Shown here: piece after piece, positions 17,929-28,915 of the stretch
How positions within the stretch are numbered: position 1 is the first letter of the stretch
Layout of the letters: each line of letters starts with the position of its first letter
NCBI GenBank assembly: GCA_965198225.1
Contig: CBDAOY010000008.1
Span: forward strand, 224,001-288,000
DNA from: Terriglobia bacterium
Lineage (GTDB): Bacteria; Acidobacteriota; Terriglobia; 20CM-2-55-15
DNA: 64,000 bases
Reading direction: 5' to 3'
Notes under the pieces: generated by a model
What the model was told of the DNA's origin: nothing
The model's input: only the letters and a program-made list of their open reading frames with translations
The model's database searches: none
Translations under genes and position numbers: made by a program

Positions 17929-20370
17929 ATGAAAAAAATATCCGTTTTCGTTCTCATAGCCCTATTCGTGGTGTTGCTTCTTGGACATGCGAACAGAATG
18001 CTGGTGGCCGGGCCCTCGTCGCCATCAGCGCAAACCTCCCAGACGATGACAGTCGCCGATCGAGTGGCACTGGTCGAGCAGTACTGTGCTTACTGCCACG
18101 ACGACGACGTGCGTGACGGAGGCTTTTCGTTCTTCACCGACGTCGACCTCGAGCATCCGGATCAAACCGCGGAGCAAGTCGAGAAAGTGATCCTCAAGCT
18201 GCGAACCGGAATGATGCCTCCGACCGGCATGCCGCGGCCCGGGGATGACTCCCTCATGGAATTCGCGGCGGCGTTGGAAACCGACGTCGATCGCGTCGCC
18301 GCCGAAAACCCGAATCCAGGCCGACCGTCCCTTCACCGGCTGAATCGAACCGAGTACCAGAACTCGATCCGCGACCTGCTGGATCTCGAAATTGACGCGG
18401 CTTCGTTCCTGCCGGCCGACGACATGAGTCACGGTTTCGACAACATGTCGGAGGTGCTGACCGTTTCCTCGACGCTGATGGAGGCCTACATTCGGGCCGC
18501 GGGCAAGATCGGACGCATCGCCGTTGGTGACCCTGGCATGCAGCCGGTAGTCGAGACGTATGCAGTCTCGACGAGTTTCTCCCAGGACAACTACGTTGAA
18601 GGGACGCCTTTCGGGACGCGGGGCGGAACCGCTTTTGTGCATAACTTTCCGGCCGATGGGGAATACATACTAATCGTTTCGCTGGTGTTCACTGCGAACA
18701 CGAACCTGTTTGGTAACAGCGCCAAGGGTGAAAAGGTCGAGGTCGCCGTGAACGGCGAGAGGGTCGCTCTGTTCGACGTCGATCCCACCATGCAAGTCGA
18801 CGAGCTCCTGGAAACGCCCCCGATCGCCATGAAGATGGGGCCTCAGAAGATTTCGGTCTCGTTTTTGAGAAGCGTCAACAGGAGCGACGGCCCCTACGAC
18901 GATCTGCTTCGGCCGATCGGACGGACCCTGGGTGATATCTCCGCCGGTTCGGTGATGGGACTGACAAACCTGCCCCACGTCCGGGATGTCGGGATCAAGG
19001 GGCCGTACAACGCAACCGGCGTGAGCGACACTCCCACTCGTCGCAAGATATTCACGTGTCGCCCGACCAACGCAGGCGAAGAGGCGTCCTGCGCCACCGA
19101 GATCATTTCGGTCCTGGCGCGCCAGGCGTTCCGGAAGCCTGTATCGGCGGAGCACCTCGAGGAGTTGATGGCGGTCTATGAGACCGCCCGGGAAAATGGG
19201 GACTTCGATTCGGGCATCCGTGTGGCGCTGCAGTTGATGCTGGCCCACCCCGAATTCGTTTTCCGCTTCGAGAAGACCCCCGTCGGCGTCGAACCCGGTA
19301 CAAACTACCGCATCGACGACCTGGAGCTGGCAGCCCGGCTGTCGTATTTTCTGTGGAGCACGGCCCCCGACGACGAACTCATCAACCTTGCCAGCCAGGG
19401 ACGTCTCTCGGATCCCGATGTTCTCGAGCAGCAGGTGCGGCGATTGCTGGCCGATCCTCGCTCCGAGGCGCTGGCGCGGAACTTCGCAGGACAGTGGCTG
19501 TACCTGCGTAATCTGAAAGACTCGCAACCGGACATTTACATCTACCCCGAAATCGACGACGGCCTGCTGCAGTCGATGCGGCGCGAGACGGAGCTTCTCT
19601 TCGACAGCATCGTGCGAGAGAACCGCAACGTGGTTGACCTGCTGACGGCGGATTACACGTTCGTCAACGAGCCCCTGGCGAAACACTACGGGATCTCCGG
19701 TGTTCTGGGGAACCGGTTCCGGCGGGTCGCGCTCACCGACGCGAACCGTTTTGGCGTGCTGGGGCATGGAAGCGTCCTGACCGTGACGTCGTTCTCCAAC
19801 CGGACCTCTCCGGTCGTACGTGGCAAGTGGGTCCTGGAACAGATCGTGGGTGCGATTGCACCGGTGCCTCCTCCCAACGTCCCGCCGCTGGAAGAAAACA
19901 CCGTTAACGGCGGCGAACTGGTCCAGCCCAAATCAGTGCGGGACCGTCTCGAGCTGCACCGCCAGAACGAGCCGTGCATGTCGTGCCACAAGATCATCGA
20001 CCCGATCGGGCTGGCGCTGGAGAATTTCGATGCGATCGGGGCCTGGCGTGACCGGGATAGCGGTTACCCTGTCGTCACAACGGGGGAGCTCGTAGACGGG
20101 ACTCCTGTGGAGGATCCGGTCAGCCTCCGGCGCGCGCTTTTGGGGTATTCCGACGCCTACCTCCGGAATTTCACCAAGCAGCTATTGACCTATGCGCTGG
20201 GCCGAGGAGTCGAATACTACGATATGCCGGTGGTTCGCCAGATCGCACGCGATGCGGCCGACGAGGACAACCGGTTCGTGCCGATCGTCATGGGAATCGT
20301 GAACAGCATGCCGTTTCAGATGAGAAGGGCGGAGCGGCCCACCGATTTGAATGAGCGCCAACAGAGGTGA
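17929..20370 (+). CDS. PSD/DUF1592-family di-heme protein (cassette 2)
   Basis: Start MKKISVF signal peptide; CAYCH..GMMPP; CMSCH; collinear with 10790-13270. Confidence 0.9.
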   Translation: MKKISVFVLIALFVVLLLGHANRMLVAGPSSPSAQTSQTMTVADRVALVEQYCAYCHDDDVRDGGFSFFTDVDLEHPDQTAEQVEKVILKLRTGMMPPTGMPRPGDDSLMEFAAALETDVDRVAAENPNPGRPSLHRLNRTEYQNSIRDLLDLEIDAASFLPADDMSHGFDNMSEVLTVSSTLMEAYIRAAGKIGRIAVGDPGMQPVVETYAVSTSFSQDNYVEGTPFGTRGGTAFVHNFPADGEYILIVSLVFTANTNLFGNSAKGEKVEVAVNGERVALFDVDPTMQVDELLETPPIAMKMGPQKISVSFLRSVNRSDGPYDDLLRPIGRTLGDISAGSVMGLTNLPHVRDVGIKGPYNATGVSDTPTRRKIFTCRPTNAGEEASCATEIISVLARQAFRKPVSAEHLEELMAVYETARENGDFDSGIRVALQLMLAHPEFVFRFEKTPVGVEPGTNYRIDDLELAARLSYFLWSTAPDDELINLASQGRLSDPDVLEQQVRRLLADPRSEALARNFAGQWLYLRNLKDSQPDIYIYPEIDDGLLQSMRRETELLFDSIVRENRNVVDLLTADYTFVNEPLAKHYGISGVLGNRFRRVALTDANRFGVLGHGSVLTVTSFSNRTSPVVRGKWVLEQIVGAIAPVPPPNVPPLEENTVNGGELVQPKSVRDRLELHRQNEPCMSCHKIIDPIGLALENFDAIGAWRDRDSGYPVVTTGELVDGTPVEDPVSLRRALLGYSDAYLRNFTKQLLTYALGRGVEYYDMPVVRQIARDAADEDNRFVPIVMGIVNSMPFQMRRAERPTDLNERQQR

Positions 20371-20445
20371 GGGCAGCTCTATGGAGCCGCTCACCGAAAC
20401 TTGAAATTTTGATTTAGTTTTAGAAACTCAACTCAGGAGCACCGA

Positions 20446-21825
20446 ATGTTCATTACCAAGAAACACATTTCCCGCCGGACGGTTCTTCGCGGCATGGGGG
20501 CGGCCGTGGCGTTGCCGTTTCTGGAATCGATGGCGCCCGCGCAGACCCCATTGAAGAACACAGCCGCATCGTCGCCGACGCGGCTGTGTGCGATCGAAAT
20601 GGTGCACGGGGCGGCCGGCAGCACGCGGTTAGGCCAGAAGCTGAACCTCTGGTCGCCGGCAAAAGAGGGATCCGACTTTGAGATCACTCCAACGCTGATG
20701 TCGCTCGAGCCCTACCAGGACTACCTCACGATCGTCACCAACACCGACCTCGACCCGGCCCGAGCCTGGGTGGCCAAGGAGGAGGGTTCCGACCATACCC
20801 GTTCAGCGGCAACCTTCCTGACGGCTGCGCACCCGAAGATGACTGAGGGGGCGGACATCTATTGCGGCACCTCCATGGATCAGGCCTACGCGCACCACGC
20901 TGGCCAGGACACGCCGCTGCCTTCGATCCAGCTCTGCATCGAGAACGTCGGGTCGCTGTCAGCCGCCTGCGGCTACGGCTACAGTTGTGTGTACGCGAAC
21001 ACGATCTCCTGGTCCGATCCGACGACTCCTCTGCCGATGGAGCGCGACCCGCGGGTCGCCTTCGAGCGATTGTTCGGAAGCGGGGGCACACCGGAAGACC
21101 GTCTGAACCGGAGACGCGAGGACCGTAGCATTCTCGACACGATCACGCACGCTGTGGCGCGGTTGCAACAGGACCTTGGCCCGAGCGATCGCGAACGGCT
21201 CCAGGGTTATCTGCAGGATGTCCGGGAGATCGAGCGCCGGATCCTGAAGATCGAGCAGTACAACAGCGACAATCCCGACGTCAGGGAACTGCCGGCCGCG
21301 CCGATCGGCGTGCCGGATTCGTTTGACGAGCACGTGGCGCTGATGTTCGACCTGCAGGCGCTGGCGTTTATGGCGGATGTGACGCGGGTCTCGGCTTTCA
21401 AGATGGGACGCGACGTCAGCGCGCGGGTTTATCCCCCAAGTGGCGTCAAGACGCCGTTCCATTCGGCCTCACATCACGGCGATAAGGCGGAAAGCGTCGC
21501 CGAGTTTGCCCAGCTGAACCAGTATCACGTCAGCACGGTTGCCCCCTTCCTGGAGAAGCTGAAGAATACTCCCGATGGCGACGGCAACCTGCTGGATCAC
21601 TCGCTGGTCATGTACGGGAGCCCGATGGGGAACTCTCATGTTCACGAACACTTAAGGCTACCAATATTCCTCGTCGGACACGCCAACGGTAAGATCAAGG
21701 GCAACCTCCACCTGAAGATGCCGGAAGGAACACCCTTGGCTAATCTGATGCTGACCATGCTGCATCGACTCGGTCTCGACGATCTCACCGAGTTCGGCGA
21801 CAGCACCGGCGAGCTTGCTATCTGA
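20446..21825 (+). CDS. DUF1552 (HXXSHH) protein (cassette 2)
   Basis: SRRTVLRG, CGYGYSCVY, FHSASHHG. Confidence 0.9.
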   Translation: MFITKKHISRRTVLRGMGAAVALPFLESMAPAQTPLKNTAASSPTRLCAIEMVHGAAGSTRLGQKLNLWSPAKEGSDFEITPTLMSLEPYQDYLTIVTNTDLDPARAWVAKEEGSDHTRSAATFLTAAHPKMTEGADIYCGTSMDQAYAHHAGQDTPLPSIQLCIENVGSLSAACGYGYSCVYANTISWSDPTTPLPMERDPRVAFERLFGSGGTPEDRLNRRREDRSILDTITHAVARLQQDLGPSDRERLQGYLQDVREIERRILKIEQYNSDNPDVRELPAAPIGVPDSFDEHVALMFDLQALAFMADVTRVSAFKMGRDVSARVYPPSGVKTPFHSASHHGDKAESVAEFAQLNQYHVSTVAPFLEKLKNTPDGDGNLLDHSLVMYGSPMGNSHVHEHLRLPIFLVGHANGKIKGNLHLKMPEGTPLANLMLTMLHRLGLDDLTEFGDSTGELAI

Positions 21826-21866
21826 GGCCCTTAACGGGAAAGAGAGAATTCAGGAGGAGACCGAAC

Positions 21867-23501
21867 ATGTTGCGGAAGACCTTGCTAATAGCAGTGATTG
21901 TGGTTTCGATGGCAGGCGTGCTGTCGGCGGCCCCGGGAGACGTTCGACTGGCCGATGCAGCACAGCGGGGTGACGTGGACGCCGTGCGTTCCCTGCTGGC
22001 GGAAGACGTCGATGTCAGTGCCTCCCAGGGAGACGGCATGACGGCCCTACACTGGGCGGCGTACAGGAACGACCTCGAATTGGCCCAGCTGTTGACCGAA
22101 GCCGGCGCCGACATTCACGCGGTGACGCGTGAAGAAGCGCTCACTCCGCTCCTGCTGGCCGGTGGTACGGGAAACGCGGCGTTGATCGAGTTGTTGCTCG
22201 ACGCCGGAGCGGATGCGAATTCAGCCAATTCGATCGGGACGACCGTTCTGATGGAGGCCGCGGCGGCGGGCAGCGTGGCCGCGGTGAAGACGTTGCTGGA
22301 TCGTGGAGCGGACCCGAACGAGAAAGCCCTCCGTGACCAGACCGCGCTGATGTTCGCGGCAGCTCGAAACCGCGCTGACGTCGTCCGACTGCTGGGGCCT
22401 CGCGGTGCGGATCTGAATGCGACGAGCGAGACACTCCCGATGGATTTGCCCCTCTTTGACGACAACGGCAACCGCATCCCGAATCGTACGGGTGCCGGTC
22501 GGCCGAAAGCGGACATGATGGGTGGGAACACCCCGCTGCATTATGCCGTTCGCGAGGGTCACTTTGACGCCGTCCGCGCCCTGGTCGAGACTGGCGCCAA
22601 CGTCAACGAGCGGAACCCCGGGGACAGGATGACGCCGATCGTCATGGCGATCGTCAACGGCGAGTTCGATATCGCGAAGTACCTGCTGGACCATGGTGCG
22701 GACCCGAACATGGCGACCGTCGACGGTCTGGCTGCTCTTTACGCCACGATCGACATGCGGTATGCCCCTGTCGCCTGGTCCCCGACCAGGCAGACCGCGG
22801 CCAGCGGCATCTCGCAACGGGAGTTGAGCTACCTCGGTTTGATGGAGATTCTGCTGGAGAAAGGCGCCGAGCCCAACGTTCGGTTGGTAAAGCCCCTGTG
22901 GTTCAGACCGCCCCATCACAACCAGATGTGGGTCAGTGCCGCAGGATCGACCCCGTTCTGGCGAGCCGCGCAGGCAAACGACCTCGGTGCGATGAAGCTC
23001 CTGGTCGCGTATGGCGCCGACCCGGCGGTCCAGTCGACGGAGGGCAACACGGCGCTGGCGATGGCAGCCGGGATCGGCTGGCTCGGGAATTTCGCCCTGA
23101 ACCATCCGGACGGCTATATGCCGTCGACCCAGTACCTTGTCGAAGAACTCGGCATCGAAGTAGAGACCGCGGACAAGAAGGGTTACACGCCGCTGATGGG
23201 CGCCGCGCACCGGGGCGACGAAGAGATGGTCCAGTATCTCGTAGACCATGGCGCGAACCTGCAAAGTCGAACCGAGCTCGGATGGGCGGTGACGGACATG
23301 GCGAACGGACCCTATATCGGTTCGAGCGTTCGCCTGTCCCATCCCGACACCGTCGCGCTTCTGCTCGAGTTGGGTGCTCCGTCGGTGATCAACCTGGGTG
23401 ACGAGGAAATACTGGGTGTTATCAAACGCCAGATCGAGGTGACCGAGGACGGATACCGGGAGAAGAAATCGGACCCCAAGAAGACCCCGAACCCTCGTTA
23501 G
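21867..23501 (+). CDS. Secreted ankyrin-repeat protein (cassette 2)
   Basis: Signal peptide, ankyrin repeats, collinear with 7661-9295. Confidence 0.92.
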   Translation: MLRKTLLIAVIVVSMAGVLSAAPGDVRLADAAQRGDVDAVRSLLAEDVDVSASQGDGMTALHWAAYRNDLELAQLLTEAGADIHAVTREEALTPLLLAGGTGNAALIELLLDAGADANSANSIGTTVLMEAAAAGSVAAVKTLLDRGADPNEKALRDQTALMFAAARNRADVVRLLGPRGADLNATSETLPMDLPLFDDNGNRIPNRTGAGRPKADMMGGNTPLHYAVREGHFDAVRALVETGANVNERNPGDRMTPIVMAIVNGEFDIAKYLLDHGADPNMATVDGLAALYATIDMRYAPVAWSPTRQTAASGISQRELSYLGLMEILLEKGAEPNVRLVKPLWFRPPHHNQMWVSAAGSTPFWRAAQANDLGAMKLLVAYGADPAVQSTEGNTALAMAAGIGWLGNFALNHPDGYMPSTQYLVEELGIEVETADKKGYTPLMGAAHRGDEEMVQYLVDHGANLQSRTELGWAVTDMANGPYIGSSVRLSHPDTVALLLELGAPSVINLGDEEILGVIKRQIEVTEDGYREKKSDPKKTPNPR

Positions 23502-23529
23502 AAGAGTAGAGCAAGAGTCAAAACACACG

Positions 23530-23562
23530 CGCCAGGCGGTGTTGCCGCCTGGCGTTTTTTTT
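23530..23562 (+). terminator. Intrinsic terminator of cassette 2
   Basis: CGCCAGGCGG-N5-CCGCCTGGCG-T8. Confidence 0.85.
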
Positions 23563-23567
23563 GTGGT

Positions 23568-23871
23568 GTAGGGGCGGTCTATGACCGCACGTCGCTGCGG
23601 TTCGAAGAATGTGCGGTCATAGACCGCCCCTACACTTGCCTGGAATAGAATTTCTGCCGAGGCGCGGGACAGTCTTGCTTTCGAGTGTAGGTGCGGTCTA
23701 TGACCGCACGTCGTTGGGGTTCGAAGAATGTGCGGTCATAGACCGCCCCTACACTTGCCTGGAATAGAATTCCTGCCGAGGCGCGGGACAGTCTTGCTTT
23801 CGAGTGTAGGTGCGCTCTATGAGCGCACGTCGTTGCGGTTCGAAGAATGTGCGGTCATAGACCGCCCCAAC
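23568..23871. repeat. Three REP doublets in 119-bp tandem units
   Basis: GTAG starts at 23568, 23687 and 23806; same REP as 5491-6429; linker repeated. Confidence 0.9.
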
Positions 23872-23883
23872 ACCCTATAAACC

Positions 23884-25764
23884 TCAATTCTGGTTGCGGA
23901 TGCGGTCCAGGTTGGTTCGTGCAGTTTCGTTGGTCGGGTCGACGGCGAGCGCGCGTTCGAAATATTCGGACGCTTCCTCCAGTCGGTCGAACTCGATCTC
24001 CAGCAGGCCGAGGTTGTTGAGCGCGACGGTGTGGTACGGGTCGATTTCGAGTGCGGAAAGATTGTGCCGGCGCACGGTTTCGATCAGGACAAGATGGTCG
24101 AGCCTCGACATCGGTCCCGCAAGTCGCTCGCCTCTCGCCCGCGCGAGCGCGATGTGAGCGTCCGCGAAGCCGGAATCCTGCCGCAGGACCTCTTCGAGTT
24201 CAGGAATGGCGGCCGCCATGTTTCCCTGCCCGATCAACGCGATCGCGAGATTGTATCGGGCTTCCGTGAAGCCGGAATCGACGTCCAGAACCCGTCGGTA
24301 CGCGCGGATCGCGTCCGAGGTCCGGCCCAGGCTCTGGTACCCGGAGGCGAGATAATACAACGGAGGGACGGAGTCGTACTCATCCGCCTGTGTCAATGCT
24401 GCTAGTTGTTCCACGCCTGCAGGCACGTCCGCCCCGCGGGATAGCGCCAGCCCCATATACAGCTCTTCCTGCTCGTCTGGAAAGTAGAAGCGCAACGGCC
24501 CGGTGTAGGGCTCGGTAGGCTCTTTCCGTTCGGCAAGTAAGCCTGAAGGAATCCTTCGCTGGATGTAGTGGTCGGTCATCGTCGCGCGGACGACGTCGTG
24601 CGTGCGTCGTTCCGGCATATGGCAGGCGATACAGTCGTCGCCGTTCTCCGCACGTACGCTGCGAGTCTCAGTGCAGTCATCCGCTGATTGGTGACAATCG
24701 AGACACTTGGCCTTGTAGAAGGTCGCCGGATCTTCAGGAACGCGATGCGGATCGTGGCAGCTCGTACAGGTCATCTCGCTGGATGCGAAACACAGCGACT
24801 TCCGCAGGCGGTAGGCCTGGTGGACGATGTTGAACTCATCCCGTCCCGCCTCCGGTGGATAATCGAAAACCGCAACGTAATCCTCGAGCGGCTCACCCGG
24901 CCTGTAAGAAAAGACCCCTCTCCCTTCCTTCACGACGACGTCTGGAAGCAGTGCACTGCTGGTTTCCAGATGGCATTGCATGCAGATATCGAGTTGAAGT
25001 TTTCGCGTGAGGCGCGCGGGATTGACGATGCTGGCGCGCAGCTCTGTCGGCCGAGCGCCTCTTGAAGCCAGTCCGACGTGTTCCCGGCCCGGGCCATGGC
25101 ATCGTTCGCAGCCGATGCCTGAACGCAGGTCCGCGGTGAAGCGGGGCCGCCGGGCCTCGTAGCGCGTCCAGTCTTCGGGCAGATTCGGGTAGGCGTTGTG
25201 GCAGAAAAAACACCGGTACTCGACACGCCGGGAGAAACCCTCGTGATCGGCGCGGTCATAGCCCGGCGCCATACCCCACGACGCCTCGTCGGCGTACCAG
25301 ACCACCGGAAACTGGATCAATTCCCCGGCATCGGACAAGTAGAAATAGTCCCTCTCCTTGTTGCCCGATCCGAGGACGAATTCAATCTCTTTCTCGAAGC
25401 TGTGGATTTCGTCTTCGGACGCGTCGAGCTTGTAGCGGCGTTGAAAATAGCGCCCGTTACGCCGACTCATCTCGAAGTACTGGTCCGACGCCTCATGGTA
25501 GAGGCGATTGTTCCGGGTCCAGTCTTCGATGGGTTGGGTGCCCTCGATCCGGTTGAACGACCGGGCCATCCCCACTGCCTGGTAGCTCTCGTACTTAGAT
25601 GAGTGACAGGTCGCACACGCCCGGGACCCGACGTATTCTGGCAGCACCGCAGGCCCGGCCCCTTGTCCCGCCATGACGTAAGAGGTGAGCGCCCCCAGGC
25701 TGAAAAGAGAAAGCCACAAGAGCACCGCGGAGGACCCACGTACCCTTGTGGCTCTCGAATTCAT
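23884..25764 (-). CDS. Multiheme cytochrome c (7 CxxCH) with C-terminal TPR repeats
   Basis: CATCH, CFFCH, CERCH, CMQCH, CTSCH, CLDCH, CIACH; TPR-like ARYNLAIAL, ALNNLGLL, ALAVDPTN. Confidence 0.88.
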   Translation of the reverse strand: MNSRATRVRGSSAVLLWLSLFSLGALTSYVMAGQGAGPAVLPEYVGSRACATCHSSKYESYQAVGMARSFNRIEGTQPIEDWTRNNRLYHEASDQYFEMSRRNGRYFQRRYKLDASEDEIHSFEKEIEFVLGSGNKERDYFYLSDAGELIQFPVVWYADEASWGMAPGYDRADHEGFSRRVEYRCFFCHNAYPNLPEDWTRYEARRPRFTADLRSGIGCERCHGPGREHVGLASRGARPTELRASIVNPARLTRKLQLDICMQCHLETSSALLPDVVVKEGRGVFSYRPGEPLEDYVAVFDYPPEAGRDEFNIVHQAYRLRKSLCFASSEMTCTSCHDPHRVPEDPATFYKAKCLDCHQSADDCTETRSVRAENGDDCIACHMPERRTHDVVRATMTDHYIQRRIPSGLLAERKEPTEPYTGPLRFYFPDEQEELYMGLALSRGADVPAGVEQLAALTQADEYDSVPPLYYLASGYQSLGRTSDAIRAYRRVLDVDSGFTEARYNLAIALIGQGNMAAAIPELEEVLRQDSGFADAHIALARARGERLAGPMSRLDHLVLIETVRRHNLSALEIDPYHTVALNNLGLLEIEFDRLEEASEYFERALAVDPTNETARTNLDRIRNQN

Positions 25765-25879
25765 GAAACGATGTTAGACCGCACCGCGATCGATTACAAC
25801 GGCGCGAGTTCCGGGACAGAAACCGAATTCTTATGCTGAATTCGGTCTCCGTCCTCAATCATTTCTCTTTCGTCCCTCC

Positions 25880-28800
25880 TTAGAACTTGTACTGCAGCAC
25901 GATCTGGTACGAGCGCGGAGGCTGCAGGTTCCGGAACCGCGAGAAGTTCGATGGAGACTCGGTCCGGCTCCCGTTGCGTGCAAACTGATAGTGACGCGAG
26001 CCGTTGAATGCGTTCAGGATGTTCAACGCCACCTGCAGCTTCTGGGTGTCGCCGAAGTTGAAGTCTCTCCCGATCTTGATGCTCAGGTTCTGGACCGCCG
26101 GCGCATTGAGCTGGTGGCTCCGCGTCGCCGCGATGTTCTGCTCTACCTCGGGTAACACAGCATCGATCGGGACCGCATCCGTGAAGTAACGCGTACTTGT
26201 CCGCAGCGGGTTCGAGAAGCGGAGCCCGTTCGGCGACGTGAAACTGGACGGTCCGAATACCGCCCGCTCCGCGCTGCTCGCCCTGCGGCGTACGGTTCCC
26301 GACCATGCCCCGTCGTGCTGGGTGTAGGAAGAAGACACCACGATGCCTGCAGGTGCGTTGTAGGTTCCCGCCAGGCTCATGGAGTACTTGCCCCAGATCG
26401 TACTCCCACCGGTCGGGGTTTGGTCGTCGTTGTTGCCACGGGTGTCCTGGAGCGAATTGTGGTTCTCGAACGCTTCAGGCTGGATGAACTTGGAATAGGA
26501 AGTCGGATTCCACGAGCCGCCTTCCCAGTGACGCTGCTTGCTGAACGTCGCCAGGATCATGTAGTTGTTGCTCATGTTCTTCGTGACGACGAAATCCACA
26601 GCCTGCAGGTTCATCCGGCTCCACGTGTTGTTCGTCATTCGCCGGACAACCCCGCGTTCCACATCGCCCAGTTCGGAAGTCAGGTTGCCGACCTTTCCGA
26701 AGCCGATGAACGGCAAGCCCGGTCCGGCTGGATAGATACCGTTGATGTCCACCTCGCCGAAGATGTGCTTGACCTGTTTCTGGATCGCGGAAATGTCGAT
26801 GCTGAACTGCCCCGGAAACTGGTGCCGGAAACCGAGGATGAACTCGTCGGTGAACGGCTGGTGCAGATCCGGATCGAACCGCTTCGCCGCCACCGAGTTG
26901 TCCGTCGCGGGAGAGTCTCTCCGCGTCTCGAAAACACCGTCACCATCGTTGTCGTAGAGGGTGAAGGAGGCCGAACCGGCCGCACCGATGTACCGGGTCA
27001 CGTTGTCACGGCCGGTCATCGCCTGGTGCTGCCGCTTGACACTGAGACGGAACACGTCGTTCCCGCTGGAGCCGATCATCCACGACAAGCCAAAATTCGG
27101 CTGCCATTCCGTGCTGTCCTGCCGTGTGATGTTGAAGATCTCGTCCTTGCGATTGACGAAATCCACACGCACGCCCAGGTTCAGCGTGAGTCGCTGGGTC
27201 GGCTGCCAGCTGTCCTGTATGTAGAGGCCCAGGTCGCTCTCACGGGACGCAAACTCGGTGATGTTCTGCTGGACCTCGAAGCTACGCGAGAACGGAATCG
27301 TTCCCGAGGTCAGATCATCCGGATCCACCAGGCGATGGTCTTCGTTGGTGAACCCGCCGTTGCTGTACTCCCGGGTCACGTCGAATCGATTCCGCGGAGA
27401 GGTGTAGAGTCCCCATTTAAACTCGTGCGATCCCCCTCCTCCCTGCTTGAAATATGCGAAGTCCGCCTTGAATTCCATCCGTGACGCCGGCTGGAAGAAC
27501 CGGGACGTGCTGTTGCCCATGTCGACGATCCGGCCGCTGCCGCTCAACACGCCGCCCGACAGGCTGGCGTCCCGGTGCACCTCGATCAGCGGCCCCGACA
27601 GGCCTTGCTCGTCCAACCGGTCGTAAGTGCCGGACTGGTTGTTCCCGCTCTTGTTGTTGTAGGAGAACAGGAGCTGGCTGCTGAAAGCGCTCGACCAGAT
27701 CGAGTCGAGCTTGAACGTGTACATCTTGCCGCCCGTGGACGCAAAACGGATCTGGTCCACGTTGTATTCCCGGTTCTGGCCGAAGTTCACCGTGTCGTCC
27801 GACAGCGAAAACAGGAAGCTGTGAGTGTCGTTCAGCTGCGCCGTGGCTTTCGCAAACCACTGCGTCGCCTGTGTTCTGTTGTTGAAAATCTCGGTCAGAC
27901 CGAACGCCTTGAGCTGTTCGATCTCCGGCGACGACCGGCTGATGCCGTTCTCCAGGCGGTTGTGCCGGAAGTTGCCGAAAAACCACAACCGGTCCCTGAC
28001 GATGGGACCGCCGAAGTTCCCGTCATACTGGAACACCTGCTGGATCGTGGGGCTTCCGCCGCTTCCGCCGAGGCGGCTCGCGACCGCAGCGACCTGGGAC
28101 TGGCCGTCATTCCAGCCGTCGCCGTTGCCCTGCATCGTCGCGGTGACCTGCCCGTGGAATTCATTACCACCGTTCGGCGTGACGATGTTGACGTTCAGGC
28201 CGACGCCCATCTCGGTGGATGCATCGGCGCCGCCGGACTTCAGTTCCACGTCGCCGATCGAATCCGTGCTCATGTTGATGAACGTCGGCTGCGCATCATA
28301 GTAAGAAGACGCGTTGGCGCCGTCCATCTTGATGACGTGGGTGAAGTGATGCGCGCCGCGGCCGTAGTAGACCATCCGGCCACTGTTGTCATCGAATGGC
28401 CGCGACATGATGCCCGGCGTCAGTTCGAGTATGTCACTCCAGTTGCGCCGGGCCTGGACCGGAACACTCCGCTGAAACTCGCCGTCCACCAGGACCTGCG
28501 ATTCCGCCGAGATCGTGTCGATCATCGGAGACTCCGATGTCACCGTGATCGTTTCCGTCACCGCGCCCACCTGCATCACGACGTTCACCGTGAACGTGCT
28601 GCCGGCGCGGACGTTGATCCCTTCCTGTCTGAAAGTTGAAAAGCCGGGCAGCTCCCCGGTGAGCGCGTATATTCCGACCGGCAGGTTGATGATCCGGAAA
28701 TAACCGTTTTCGTCGGAAAACACTTGCCGCTCCGCGATCATGCCCGGGCTCGTGGCGGTCACTGTAATGCCCGGCAACACCGCGCCGGACGCGTCTCGAA

Positions 28801-28915
28801 CATAGCCGATCAGACCGCCATCACCCGTCTGGGCGAAAGCGGAAGTTGAGATCAGAAGCGACAATCCCAGAACCAGAGCGATTCGGAACGACCGCCGCTT
28901 CGAAAGGGTCTTCAT
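25880..28915 (-). CDS. TonB-dependent receptor with carboxypeptidase-regulatory-like N-domain
   Basis: GGAGG RBS before MKTLSKRR; GYVRDASGAVLPGITVT; LYIQDSWQ; C-terminal PRSYQIVLQYKF. Confidence 0.9.
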   Translation of the reverse strand: MKTLSKRRSFRIALVLGLSLLISTSAFAQTGDGGLIGYVRDASGAVLPGITVTATSPGMIAERQVFSDENGYFRIINLPVGIYALTGELPGFSTFRQEGINVRAGSTFTVNVVMQVGAVTETITVTSESPMIDTISAESQVLVDGEFQRSVPVQARRNWSDILELTPGIMSRPFDDNSGRMVYYGRGAHHFTHVIKMDGANASSYYDAQPTFINMSTDSIGDVELKSGGADASTEMGVGLNVNIVTPNGGNEFHGQVTATMQGNGDGWNDGQSQVAAVASRLGGSGGSPTIQQVFQYDGNFGGPIVRDRLWFFGNFRHNRLENGISRSSPEIEQLKAFGLTEIFNNRTQATQWFAKATAQLNDTHSFLFSLSDDTVNFGQNREYNVDQIRFASTGGKMYTFKLDSIWSSAFSSQLLFSYNNKSGNNQSGTYDRLDEQGLSGPLIEVHRDASLSGGVLSGSGRIVDMGNSTSRFFQPASRMEFKADFAYFKQGGGGSHEFKWGLYTSPRNRFDVTREYSNGGFTNEDHRLVDPDDLTSGTIPFSRSFEVQQNITEFASRESDLGLYIQDSWQPTQRLTLNLGVRVDFVNRKDEIFNITRQDSTEWQPNFGLSWMIGSSGNDVFRLSVKRQHQAMTGRDNVTRYIGAAGSASFTLYDNDGDGVFETRRDSPATDNSVAAKRFDPDLHQPFTDEFILGFRHQFPGQFSIDISAIQKQVKHIFGEVDINGIYPAGPGLPFIGFGKVGNLTSELGDVERGVVRRMTNNTWSRMNLQAVDFVVTKNMSNNYMILATFSKQRHWEGGSWNPTSYSKFIQPEAFENHNSLQDTRGNNDDQTPTGGSTIWGKYSMSLAGTYNAPAGIVVSSSYTQHDGAWSGTVRRRASSAERAVFGPSSFTSPNGLRFSNPLRTSTRYFTDAVPIDAVLPEVEQNIAATRSHQLNAPAVQNLSIKIGRDFNFGDTQKLQVALNILNAFNGSRHYQFARNGSRTESPSNFSRFRNLQPPRSYQIVLQYKF

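Noticed and set aside
23568-23871. Mini CRISPR array
   Set aside because: Linkers are near-identical; it is a tandem of REP doublets
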